A stretch of 63,668 bases of DNA, counting the filler, from Bipalium vagum (taxonomy: Eukaryota): the NCBI GenBank assembly GCA_037834085.1. It is 3 parts of 3 records of this genome, joined end to end, with 100 filler letters (N's around TTAATTAATTAA, not from the genome) between each part and the next. Parts side by side here need not be neighbours in the genome. Positions count along the whole stretch, not along the records: positions 1 to 19,779 come from JBBMKC010267887.1; 2 more parts are not named here. One strand, given 5' to 3'. The position numbers and the translations under genes were made by a program. The notes beneath the pieces are model-generated. The model saw only the letters and a program-made list of their open reading frames with translations, had not been told where the DNA came from and searched no databases. How positions within the stretch are numbered: position 1 is the first letter of the stretch; the number at the start of each line of letters is the position of its first letter. Below are positions 1 to 13,332 of the stretch, one piece after another.

Positions 1-232
1 CACCACGTGGAAAATACTGATTTTTAGCGGCGAAAAGATTAATGCCCCATGGGCAATTATTTCAAGTTTTAGAGTATTTGGAAATGTGATTAATTATCTA
101 CTAATTTAAGTGTAAACAATTTTTGTTTAAATATTCATCAATATCTTATATGTGCAACATTTTTAAAATTAACGAAGAAAGAAGAATTTTTATTAATATT
201 TTTGACATTATGATTTTGACATTATGACGAAG

Positions 233-660
233 AACGATTTCTAAAAAGTTTGATGATGAGGATCTGAAGACTTTACTCATTCACGATTCGTGCGAAAACC
301 AAGAGAAAATTGCAACATCATTGGAAGTAAATTGTTCTACCTTTGCCTAACATTTACAAGTATTGGGAAAGATCTAAAGACAAGGGAATTGAGTGCTGTA
401 CGAATTAAAGTCAAGACTAGAAAATCGTTTGTGTACGTATGAATAGTTGCTTCAAAGTTAAAAGCGAAAAATTTTTTTTCATCGCATTGTGATGGGGAAT
501 GAAAAATGGAAAATCATGGGAACAGTCAGACCAAGCATCCACATTGATGATCGAGGCAAACATTCATGGTCAAAAGCTCATACTGTGTAATTAGTGGAAT
601 CATTTAGGTATCAAATATTATGAGTTGTAACCGAACGAAACAGTCACTATTAATTATAGA
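233..660 (+). mobile_element. Decayed mariner transposase fragment, Mos1/mauritiana-like
   Basis: Frameshifted KKFDDEDLKTLL, FHRIVMGNEKW (IVTGDEKW-like) and NIHGQKLILC..WNHLGIKYYEL. Confidence 0.75.
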
Positions 661-959
661 CGAATGTTGTGGCAATATAGAAATAAAAGTTTTTTGCACT
701 CCGACATTTGTCTGAGTTTCCTATTTATAGATGTTCTTTGAATAAAACTGTTTGGCAATGATGTCATTTACTTGTGTATCATATTTCTTTGAAATACATA
801 AAATTTTGTAGTTACCAAGCAATCTTTCATTTTCTTGATAAGGCTTTCAAATTTATCCAAAAAATTCAATATTTCTGAAGGCTTTGATTCAGGAAAAATT
901 GTTAAAATTATCTAATTTAATATGTTAAACTGAAGCCCAAAAATTTTCCTATAATTTAA

Positions 960-1805
960 TAATAAAAGTTTCCTTTCGGAATGCGAGTTTATTGACCAGT
1001 TGTGGAGGATGGTCAATTGAAGAAGTTAGTGGAATCAAATACATAAACAACAATTAGGCAAGTTACAGAAGAATTACAGGTAAGCAAAGTATCGTCTAAG
1101 CTGGAAACAGTTAGAAAAGTAAAAAAAGAGAAATTGGTGTCTCACGAACTTAACGAAAATCAAATAATTCAGAGGTATCAATTTTTTCTTGCACTGATTC
1201 AAAGAAATAGGCTTTTACCATTTTTATCTCGAATTATTTCACACAATAAAAATGGATGTTACGATAATCACCGAAAAAAGTGCCGAAATCAAATATGCAT
1301 AAAAAAATAATGGTTAAAGTCTTGTGGTGTAGCAAAAATGTAATCCATTACAGCTCCCTTAAAAGTGATTAAAAAATTAAAGGTGAAAAATACTGTGCCG
1401 AAATAGAAAAAATGCATCAAAAACTTTATCCAAACATCCATGTATCTGTGAACAGAAAAGGTTCAATTTTAATGAATGACAAACCAGATCATACATATCC
1501 CGTATAATGTTGCAAAAGTTAAATCACTTGCAATATGAAGTTCTACCAGATTCACCAATTGATTTCTACTTATAAAGAGCCTTGAATTGTTTATCTGCCA
1601 AAGGAACTTAACTGATTATACAGTGGTTGAAGAAACTTTTTCGATGTTTTAAAGAATCCCGGGATGCCAATTTTTACAGTGATGAGATAACCTGCTCTCA
1701 TATTGGCAAGGTTTTATTGATTTTAATGGTGCATATTTTAATTAAATAAATTTCTTTTTGACTAGTTAAAGGTTATGGTAATTTCTGGTTTAACAACTTA
1801 ATATA
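960..1805 (+). mobile_element. Decayed mariner (central and 3' part)
   Basis: LVSHELNENQ (WVPHEL-like), FLSRII, IMVKVLWCSKNVIHYS, VNRKGSILMND and the C-terminus NGAYFN*. Confidence 0.75.
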
Positions 1806-3289
1806 TTTGTTATTAATTGTGGTAATTTTGTGATATAATATAAGAGCGATTATAACACATTCTTAACTAGCATAAAGTTATAAATCACAGAACAATAGCG
1901 AATTGCTGCTGATGCAAATTAATTAATTACTCTTAAAAATAAATGTTGGGACGTTTCACCCCAAGGTCAAATAATGTTTTAGCTTTTCATTTTTCACTTC
2001 CATATTATTCTATTTATTTTCAATTTCACCCACTAAGTTGAACGGTAAATTGACTTTCTGTAGGACCTCTGAATTTAAGAGCGAGAGAGAATTTCTTTAA
2101 TAATCACAACCTATTGGGATTTTTCTAATTAAAAAGATTATTGTCTCAATAATCACTCTTAATTAATCTGTAAATTTAAGAAATCCTTTTGACATTGTGC
2201 TAACAAATATAATGTTTGAAACATTTTTGTTATAAAACACTCAATTGATCTCTAAAAAGCGAACATGAAATTTTTAATAAAATCCTTTTATAGGTTTTAA
2301 CCTCGACTGTTATTATTTGTTAATTGCTCCATTTAGTGAATCTTACCAAGTTTTCAAAGCATCGTCATTGATTAGAGTATATATTTTGTCTTCTCATAAA
2401 ATATTGTTTTGGCTAAATTACTATTTTGAAGAGAGCTTTATTAAAATTTTCTGATAACAGAAATTTTAAATCAAGCTGATCTTTTAAGCTTTAGATTTAT
2501 TAAATTAAAAATAATATTTAAGCTGATTATTTTAGTTTTCTTAGTAGAAATGTTATTTTGGAGATTTTGCTAAAATCTTTATACCAGACATTGTAAATAA
2601 TATAAAAAACATTTATAAAATGAAAGTTTCGCTTACAACATTTAATAATTATCCATAATTTGATAGTTAATAGCATAACAGACTTTTACATTAGGGAGCT
2701 CAAGTTTTATATTAGAAATAAAAATTACATTTTAGGAACTGAAATTCATTTTTTACATAATTCGTTTATATAATTATTTTTATAAAATTTAAATAAAACA
2801 ATATTTATATTAAATAATAATAATACTTTTTCTTATTATCTAAATTATTTTTTATGCTCTCTAAATTTGTCAGTGCATTGTTTATTATTATTTTTTTTAT
2901 TTATAGTCATGATTATTCCTTTGAAATTTGAAATTTAATTTTCAATAATATTTTTGTTAAATATTTAATAACCTATTTTCTAAAAATATATTGGTCAATT
3001 TTTGACATTAATTTTAATAATAATATCTTCAAGTTTTAATACTAAATATAAAATATAAATAAATATATAATACTAAACATAAAATGCTCTAAATATTGAA
3101 ACGGAATATATTCCGTCTTCCTTGAGATATGCTTATTTCCACATTACATCTAAAGAAAAATGTAGTTGAAAATATTCGTTTGCTTATAGAAATTTAAGAT
3201 AATAATTCTAAATATAAAAAAATTTGTGTACTATCAAGTTTTCAAATATAAAATTTATAAAATGAAATACAAAGCTTATTGATAAATTA

Positions 3290-4447
3290 CAAATACAAAG
3301 AATTATGTTATTCATTGAAGTATACATCCTGATTTTCTATATACTTTTGGCCTTAAATCAATAGTTTGTTCAGGCCGGTAAGATAAAACTCAGGTGGACG
3401 AGAGTCAATGAATTCATGAAAGTCCATTTTACATCATTGAATTGTTTTTCTAATAAAAAGTTATCCAAATTGCAGAAGAAATGGTAGTCAATGGGAATAT
3501 ATCTGGTCAGTGAGAAGGGTGATTTTGACACAATAATTTGTGCTGTGTTCGGTTTAGCGTTATCATGCAGTAAAAAATAGGAGTTGATATATTGACTAAT
3601 CTGGGTTGTTTTTCTTTAAGGTTTTGCATCATTTTGTTCAGTTGGTTACAGTATGATTCTGGTTTGATCGATAAGCCATGTTTCATGAATTTATGGTGAA
3701 TCAGAATTACGCAAGACCACAAAACATTCACTACCAGCTTCTTTTCATGAAAACCACGCTTTGAGTGTTTTTCGATGGTTCATCTTTGTTCAATCACTGT
3801 GGTGAACATTTGCGATTTAAAAATGGATCTGTGATGAGAAATTAACATTAAGCAAAGCTAGCAAACGCTTTTATTTCCGTTTTTCATGGAGTTCACGTAG
3901 GACAAACTTATTCAAACTTTTAACTTTTCTATATAAGATAAATGATTTAACATTGTTTGCTGACACTAAGCGCCATGACAATTCATATGTATTCTGATAT
4001 GGCTTAGTCTCAAGAGTGATCTTTAATTTGTTATGACGGACCTTTGATTAAGGGCGACCACGTGACTTATTAGTTAGAACTAAATTATCTGTACGAAATT
4101 TAGTAAATCAATTTGATATTATCTGTTGTGTAGTAAAACATCAGCAAAGTACACTATTAATGTTTTGAGAGGTCTGCAGTGCATTTGTGCCGATTATAAC
4201 CTCATACTTTAAAATGAAACGAATTTCAGGTGTATTATTTTAAATAAAATTGTTTAATTAAAATAATTGATTTATATTTTTTCAGCTTACAAAAATTATT
4301 TTAAATAGAAAAAATATGTTAATCACCAACAAAAAAATTGAATGGTAAAATATCAAAAAATGTTTGATATTAAGTCAGTGTCAAATAAGTAGATATTAAA
4401 TTTGGCAATGTTATTAACTACAAATTTAATGATTGACAACCCAATAT
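3290..4447 (-). mobile_element. Decayed near-full-length mariner, cecropia-like
   Basis: Track ORF 3507..3731 (VLWSCVILIHHKF..YCNQLNKMMQNLKEKQPRLVN). N-terminal RFILKYE..NINSV..SRGRP. TIR-like end (reverse complement tattgggttgtcaatca) near 4445. Confidence 0.8.
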
Positions 4448-4449
4448 AT

Positions 4450-4830
4450 CAGATCGGAATAGACATTCACGCTACTGACAGTTACTAATTTCAATAGATG
4501 AAATAAACCGCGTGTTGAAAGGAAAAAATTCTGAAAGAGATTCACAAGTAGATAAAGTTTATAAATCAATGCATATGCTGGAACTCACATGAAACATCAA
4601 GAAAATATTAAACGGATCTAACTGATACGATGTACCACATTCACAATATTTATCATCAATAGCACTTACAATTGACCTGAAAAACTCTTTCACAATTTTT
4701 AGGTCGTCAAAAATGTTAATAGGAAAAGATGCTTTCAAAAAATATTTTTCAAAAGAATTTCTGAAACGATGAAGTGGTCACAAAAAACTAACGTGACTAA
4801 AGAATTATAAAAAAAAATTCATCTGATGAT
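4450..4830 (+). mobile_element. Highly decayed mariner 3' fragment
   Basis: Remnant of the PHPPYSPDLAP region (VPHSQYLSSIALT). Confidence 0.35.
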
Positions 4831-6879
4831 ATTTATTTTAGAGAAAAATTCATTTTCAACCACCTGAGTTTCTGTTATCATTTCTTCGTACAGAAGTCTC
4901 ACGACTTATCTCATTCGGAACATCTATTAATTTATCATTTAAGATTTATTGCATTGTCAGACATCTAATGTCGAATGAATTATCATCTGGTGTTACCCAC
5001 GCTCCATAATGGTTAATAATTCCAGCCATTTTCTATCAGCTTAATGATGTACTAATGTTTATTTTACAAAACTTTTCTCCGTTTATTTTCAAAATGTAAT
5101 ACCTGATCGTATAACAAGATACATTAAAAATTAAAAAGACATTAAAAATACTCAATCGTAATCATATCGAGAACTCCGGTCTGTTACATTTTAACTTACT
5201 AAAATTTCTATGGTCTTATGAAAAATGTGAGAAGGGTCTACAAAATTGAAAGGTTTCTCCATCATATGAGCTTTCACATGAGTCTCTATGGAATTCAATC
5301 AGAGAACAGTATTTATTATGAAATCAGCAAAATGTAATTATCCAAGAACTTGTCCAAGCTATCAGCTTCTATTGGAAATGAGAAAAGATATTTCTGAGCA
5401 AAATAACGAGACAGTTAGATAATGGTTAAAATGTAATTATTTATTAAATCCTTTTCTGTTGAAATCCCAATTGTTGATGATATCTCACGTAAAAATATCA
5501 CATCATTTTCTAGAAATAAAAATTCGTGAAGTTGGAATTTTATCGATCGAAAAAAGATAATGAAATAGTACAGATTGTTGAATTTGTGAATCTATATGAA
5601 ATTAAAATCATACAGATCACAAGCAAAAATAAGTATATTATTTCATTTTAGCAAAGGTTTCCAATAATCGATATCAAAACTTAGAAAAATTGATTGTTTC
5701 TTTTTTGAAAATCTCAAAACTATCAATATTTTTTGTTTTAATCGATTGTACTTTGATTAAGAAAATATTTTAATGAAAAAGCAGAATTGTGCACAGATAA
5801 AATTAAGTAGCTTGAGATTAAATAAGATGATCATTAATTAATTATAATTAATCATTTAAATACTGATTAAAGTAATAATTGAAGTTATAAATAAAATAAT
5901 AATTTATTTATTATTACATTAAATAAAGAATAATACTAAAATATTATAATAATTATATACTGTTCTTCAAACAAAAAAAAATTTACAATCTGAGACTAAT
6001 ATATATTTAAATTTAAAATAAAAAAGTAAATTATTCAGAAAATAAATTATTATTTGAAAATATTATTCCAAATTAATTCTGACATTAACTCTAAATGATT
6101 CATAATTATTTTCAGTCAATGGAAATTTGTACGAATATCTCTGGAGAAAATTCCTAATTGCCTTTAAATTATGTCTCCCGAAATACATGAACTATTGAAA
6201 TTATAAAAATAAAATAAACTATATGGTATTTTTGAAAATATTATTATTGCATTTCTTAAAGATTTACAAATTCGAAGAAAATGAAACGGAAATTCCAACA
6301 ATGGTGAGCAATTTCTCTTTTCAGGAAATTCTTATTCTACATATTTTGATGAAATGAAAATGAAATACAAGTTTCATATCATTTGAGAAATAATTTGAAG
6401 TTTAATCAGCATGTAGATAAGGATTTTATAGTTTCGTATGATTTGATAATTAGAAAATAATAGAAGAAATAAAATGATTAATTTTCTAGAAAAATATGGT
6501 TCAGCTTGGAATTATTTTCCCAGTCTCTTTTAAACAAATAATAATTATATTTAAAAATTTCACTAAAAAAGTATTTCAAATATCTTCCATTATTATTATT
6601 ATTATTAGTCTTAACAGTAAGATTAAATTTTATTTATTTTTTAAAATTATTAGAATTAATAACTAATCAGCTAATATCAATTGATTTTATAATCACAGTA
6701 TTGTGATATCAAAATATATCGACAGGATTGATTAATTATAAGAATAAGAAATCAATTAAAATTCGAATATTTTAGCAGGATTAGTATACTGTATTTTTCC
6801 GATATTAATTTAAGTTTTTAAAATGAAATTTATACGTTATTTTTAATTATCAAATTTCTATATATAACATTTAATATCA

Positions 6880-7320
6880 AAGTTTTAAGGTATGCTTCAA
6901 TCATTGTTTTCAACTGGACATTATCAAATTCAGAAATACATTCACGATTCCATTCATCATCGAGGAAGGTATTGTCGGCTCTGACTTTTCAAACCATCTA
7001 CATGTGTTCCTTTCAGAAACTGCACATTCACTACATGCCTGGATTTATGTTTCTTATCGCTTCCGCAGCATTATGCCAAAATTTGAGTTCGAGCAGAAAA
7101 ATATCCGAATTTCTGGTTTTGAAAGCATTTTTGAAATGAGTAAAAAAAAATATAATAAATTGATGCATTTAAACAACTAATCATTATTTGATAATTAAGC
7201 AGAAAATGCATTTTAAAATTATTAGAAATAATAATGTAAAATTTATTCTAAAAATATTGAAACAGAAACAATTTATACTAATAAATTGAAAAACGGCAAT
7301 TATTTTGTACCAACCTAATA
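6880..7320 (-). mobile_element. 5' end of an Hsmar1/cecropia-like mariner with TIR
   Basis: TIR (reverse complement) TA|ttaggttggtacaaaataattgccgtttt at 7290-7318. Reads MLSKPEIR..FLLELKFWHNAAEAIRNIN..ERNTCRWFEK..EFDNVQLKTMIEA. Confidence 0.85.
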
Positions 7321-10300
7321 TCAAAATTCTGTTTCAATTCAAAATTAAAATAAATATAAAATATCGAGTCATATTATTTTATAATAAAAATTATTTCAAT
7401 TTACAGATTTTTGTGCTTGGCTTATAAAAATTATTTCTATCACTATGGATATTATAATATTTATTTCGTTCGATAAAAAGAGCAATTTTTAATTTAACTT
7501 TAGCTCATATTGAAATTTTGTTTTCATTTCGAAAATCATATGTTAATAAAAGATTGTTTCTCAAAAATAAATATGTAATGATACCAACCATTTCATGTAA
7601 AAAATGTATTTAGAATTTGTCCAATTATTGCTCTATGTGAAAAATAATAGGAAAAAATTACCAGAAAAAATTGAGTAAAAATTTCCCAAACAAAATGCAT
7701 CTATAATTGCCATTGGATAATATTCAGGCCTATTATTAAATGGTATATAGCTATAATTTTAATAAATAACCCGGGATTAATTGCATTCGAATCAGTTCAA
7801 AAATGTATTTGATGATAAATCTTATAACAATTCTGGCTACTAAATATGCTTTGTCCACAGGTCAGATTGTTTTCTATTTTTTATTTATATTATATAAATA
7901 TAAATACCTTGATTTTCTCTTTTGAAAATATTAAAAATTGAAAATCTTAAATTTTGAATTTTTAAAGGTTCAAAAAATTATATTATTTTTCTTATTTAAT
8001 ATGAGAAGTTAAGAGAAAAATTATTTTTGTATTTTAAATTTAAGCTTAAATAAGTTTGTAATAATTAAAATTATTTTTTATATTTTTTTTAAAAATATTA
8101 ATTTATTTTAATGGAGATCAATTTGGAAAGAAATAAAAAATATCTGTTAAATTAATTTTTGATAGATTTTTGTGCATCATATTTTACCTTTTTTCATTTT
8201 ATTTAATTATTTTTTATACAGAAATAAATTAACAGTCGTTTTTACACAAAGGATAAATTTTTTCACTAATTATCAATTGTTTAAATCAAATATAAAATTG
8301 ATTTTATTAATAGAAAATCAATAATATTTTTTATTAAATATTTAAGTGAAACATCATGCATTATTTTTCTTTAAATAGCCCTAAATAAAGATAAAAATTA
8401 TTAAATTTAAACAATTTTTAGTTTTTAAAAATTCTTTGAAAAATAAAAATATTAATAAGATAAATTTAAAACAAAAAAAAAACAACTTTTATAAATGATA
8501 TAAAACATTGAATAGTCTATTTTGAGGGAAAATATTATTTAACAAGAATTTTTCTATTTTTACCAAATCATTAAAGAAGGTTTTGATTAAGTAAAGTTTA
8601 ATGAATAATTAAGTCCTTGTCTAAATAAATGGAGATGGTTTCTTTTGATCAATCAGTCGTTTCATTTTCCCATTAAATTTTAAATTATAAATAAATAAAT
8701 TAATTAATATCGAATTATTCAATTAATGATGACTGGTAAATTTTCCTATTGTCGGACTTTCTCATTTTGACTTTATTTGCCAAAAATTCTTCTAAACCAA
8801 CTTTCCATTGGATTTTAAGCGTATCGACAATTTGCTTTGTCTCTCCTTTTGAAAGGGTTAATTTTGGAATAAATTATTTAATAACATTTTTCTTAAGTAT
8901 ATGACTGATAAAAGAAAATAATTACTTCAAGAAAGAATCAATAAAACAAAATATCCAGGTTAAATATTCATTTAAATTATTAATATTTCATATTTTTTTT
9001 ATTACTTTTTATGTGAAAATACCAACATTTTTTGACATAAAGTTTGTTTAATATCTCATTATTCTAAATGTTTATGTGAAATTGATCGTCTATTATAAAG
9101 TTCACTTTTATGACATCGTACAATGTTCTTGAATGTTAAAATCATTAATGTTTATAATTTGATATAATTCCTATTTTTGCCCTTAAAACAAGAGTAAGAA
9201 GAAGAATAAATGGAAGATTTAATCACTTAAAATAATCACTGAATCTATTTTTAGATTTCTATAGTTCCGAAAATTGAACAGAAAATTTCCAAAAAATATT
9301 GTTTTAATGAAACGAGTTGATTCTCATGTTTTCATATAAATTCTTTTAATAAATCCATATCATTTTTTAAAAAATTATAATTAATTAAAAATAATTAAGT
9401 TTTTTGAAAAAATTGTTTTAATAATAAATCTTTACGAATAAAACGGACCAGTAAAACTAGCTTCAAACCTCTTATGTTAATGAATTATTTTCGGAAAAAT
9501 TAAATTACAATAATAGAAAAATAATAATTAAAATATTTACTCAAATCATTATAATTTTAAGTTTATAATCATTAAAATAATCAAAAAGAAATTATTGTTT
9601 TAATCAATAATTTCATAAATTACTAATTAAAATGATATTAATAAAATCCACAATTAAATAAAAAGAAAGAATTAAAATTAAAACATTAGAATAATTAAAA
9701 ATGCGATAATTTTAATTAATGATAATTAATAATAATAAAGAATAAAGAAAATATTTCCTTCTTTTTAGTTAATATTTTTATAATAATTTTTTTATAATAT
9801 AAATAAAATAAATTAAAAATTTTCAAGTAATTAAAAAAAACTATTAGGTTTACATTTTATTTTCGATTTTAAAAAAATATTTTTCTATTTCTATTGTAAA
9901 TAAACTACTTACAAGATATAAATTAAAACAAGGAAATATTATACGTTTTGAGATAAAATATTTCTAAATGTATATTTTTTTGCACGAATTATATTTTATT
10001 TAATTATAATATTAAAAAAATAAAATATATAATTCAAAAATATTAAACTTTATACATATAATACATTATAATATAATATATATTATCATAATAATTGAAT
10101 ATATATAATTTTATTATAATCAATTATGCATGAAATTATACTTGTTATTTCTGGAAAATATTGTTTTCAGATAAAATTCAACTGCTTTTGCTTTATAATC
10201 TTTTCATTTTTTGAAAACTATCCACACAAAAGCAAAGGCGTCAATGTATCTCACAATTCTCTCTTTAACGATGATGAATTAATTGTTTATAATTGATTTT

Positions 10301-11299
10301 TACAATGGATTTTATATAATTTCAGTCATACAGAGAGCATTTCAAAAAAAAATAAATCCAATAGTTTTGTTTTATTAAACCGTTGAAATTTAATTTAGTT
10401 TAATGTATACAGATATTTATTTACTTTCATTTTTAGTAACATTTCATTGGACAAAAATCGAACTAAATAAATTTGTTTTAAAAGTTCATTATAAAATTTT
10501 AATTGTTTCGTCAATAAATTTCCTTATGAAATGTTATATTTGTCTAATATTTCGCTTTCAGTTCATTTCAGATTTATTTCTAAATCTTATTATTATTATT
10601 ATTCTGCAAAATTTCTGAATAAATTACTGATTGACTGAAATAGAAGATGAATATGGTGAAGTAATTTCATCCGAAAGGTATATCTTGATCTAATTTTGCT
10701 AATGAGATCATGAACGAGACAAATTGAATTTAAATAATTTTTATAATTACAATGTTTATGATTGGTATTGGAAGGACAAAAATGTTTCTCAGGTTTGCAG
10801 GTACCACATTTATAGAGGTTTGTTTTTATTATAGAATGATTAGAATTTCATTTTTTTCACAAAGGACCAGCTACTTTACAAAGGTTGTCAAACTACCGGG
10901 ATTTCAAATTGTTTATAAATCATATACATCATACATATAAATATCCTTCATATTGTTATAGTTATACTGGACAGGTATTTTGATATTTAAACAAGCTCTT
11001 GACACCAATATCTAAAGTTGTAAGGCAAAGAAAAGAGCAACCTAGACCTCCTAGTTATAAAGTTTTGAGCTAGTACATATTACGTTATTATTTGATTTTT
11101 ACTTCAGATATATTTTCATTTTTTACTATTGTACATTAATATATATATAAATATATATTATTTTTCAATAAAAAAAATATTCAATTTGTTTTTCACAGAA
11201 AATCAATAATTAATTTCTTTCTATTTAACATTGAAAAAGTCTATTCAACACTAAGAACATAAAACCATAATCACAACGTCTCAAAAAAGTGGTGAACCT

Positions 11300-12110
11300 C
11301 TGAATAATGTATTTCCATTAAAAACCTTAGTTACAAAATGTGCAATATCTTACTTAAAATTTTAATTGATGAATGGTCTCTGATTATATTATTTTGCAAA
11401 GAAAAAATCAAGTGGATAAAGTGTAAGAATATATGAAAAACAATTATCTATTCCCCAATCTATTTATATTAAAATTTCTTGGATTTTGATTGGAATATGT
11501 AAATAAGCATTGCTTTGTGAAGGGAAGCTCGATTTCTATTGGTTAATTTTGCACTTAAAGTGGGTATTTTAGATGTTAAACAAGTCAGTTGATCACAGAA
11601 CATATCCACCGTAATTATTTCACAAGATTACAATAATTCTAAACATGAGTCTTTGTTGATTCCACCAAATGAATATCGAAATTTGATCTGATTAAAACAT
11701 CGTCTTTTTTACTTGTGACATATTCAACATTTTTTTTCACAGTAATAACCCTAAGAATGGGTTGTTTTAAAAACATTAAACGACGAGAAAGAATTTGGTT
11801 TAATTTTTATTTCAGTGGTTGTTGATTCATATATTTTTGATTAAATCAGAAATAATAAAGAATTGTTAGGAATATTTGTGACAACCAAAATTTCTTTCCA
11901 AGATCTTTAGTATTTCGAAATGGATGAACTGCAGTAGAGCATCACAGAAATATCTTAAAAGCTAAAATTCTGATTTTGAAAATTTTCTAAAAAAATTATT
12001 TTTGAATTTCTTTTCTTTAGACCTTCGTTTAATGGGGCTGTTTATAATAGTTCACCCTGACTTTCAACATTGTACTTTCTATTTTAAAAGGTCCGTCCAC
12101 AAAATCGAAA
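11300..12110 (-). mobile_element. Decayed mariner transposase
   Basis: SIFIWWNQQ and EIITVDMFCDQLTCL..LTNRNR on the minus strand. Confidence 0.6.
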
Positions 12111-12183
12111 AACGTAATAAGTTGAATAATTGAAACCCAGAACTGAAGAAAGAAATTGATCTGAAAATAAAAACTTATTCTTC

Positions 12184-12245
12184 AAAAAAATCTTTAAATA
12201 CATTTTATAAATTATAATTTATATAATGTATTTAAAGATTTTTTT
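12184..12245. repeat. 62-bp spacerless AT-rich palindrome (30/31 arm identity)
   Basis: aaaaaaatctttaaatacattttataaatta|taatttatataatgtatttaaagattttttt. Confidence 0.9.
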
Positions 12246-13332
12246 TTATAAATAATTATTTATAATTATTTATACATTAATATTAATGATAATAAATAAT
12301 AATAATACGAAATTCAAAATTCTTTCACCTTAAAAAATTAATATTTAAAATTAAATAATGTAAAATATTGGGTATAAATCAATATTTTAGAAATCCTAAA
12401 GTTGTAGATAATATTAAATTAATTATAAATTTATAAAAAACCAAAAATATTTGATCAATCCGGTACATAATGATCTTCAAAGATTTAATAATTTAATAAG
12501 ATCTTTTATCAAATTGCAATTTCTTTGAAAAGAAAAAAATTGTTAGTGCTAATTTTGTCAAAAATAAAATGAATAAAAATATCGGAATATATTTCGAATG
12601 TAAACGATTTATTTCTTTTACAAATATGAGAGGAATTAATGTAAAAAAATATAATCTGGAATCTTTTCTAGTAAAAAATCTTTATAAATAATTGATGAAT
12701 AAAAACCTCCATGCAATGAGGGAATTAATAATTATATATTAATAAAAGCATTTTATGTCCCTTTCTGAAATAAATAATGATTATAATTAAGAAAGTTAGA
12801 GAATGGCAATTATATCTAAGTTGAGATAATTATTCAGTCATTATATGAAATTAATATCATTATAATTATATAACAATTATCATAGTTATAATAAATAATA
12901 ATATTTTCTAAATATTACAAAATAAATTGAATTTCAAAAATTTTATTACAAACGAATAAAATCTTTAATAAATAATAAAATTATTACTGGAATTTTATTA
13001 TCAATAAAAGATAATATAAATTATTTTTAAAAATTTATTTATAAATAAAAAAAATTGAAAAAATAAAATTAAACATCGAAAAATTATGCATAGTCAATGT
13101 AAAACGAAAAAATGTGAGATTATTTTAAAAAAGTTATTAATAATAAAATAAAATTTATTATTATTTTTAGTTAAGATTTTAAATAACGTTTTAATAAAAC
13201 AATAATATGATTTCATGACCATATATTGATGTATTTTTGAATGTTCAGCATTGTACTAATTTTTAAGAAAAATATGAATGTATCAAAGTATTATTTTAAA
13301 GTTCTGACTTCCCGATGCCTAAATTTGTAATA

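Noticed and set aside
11503-11769. Long + frame interrupted only by TGA, suggesting stop-codon reassignment or selenocysteine
   Set aside because: It is the antisense of a decayed mariner. RIM-BP exons use TGG for Trp and contain no in-frame TGA.
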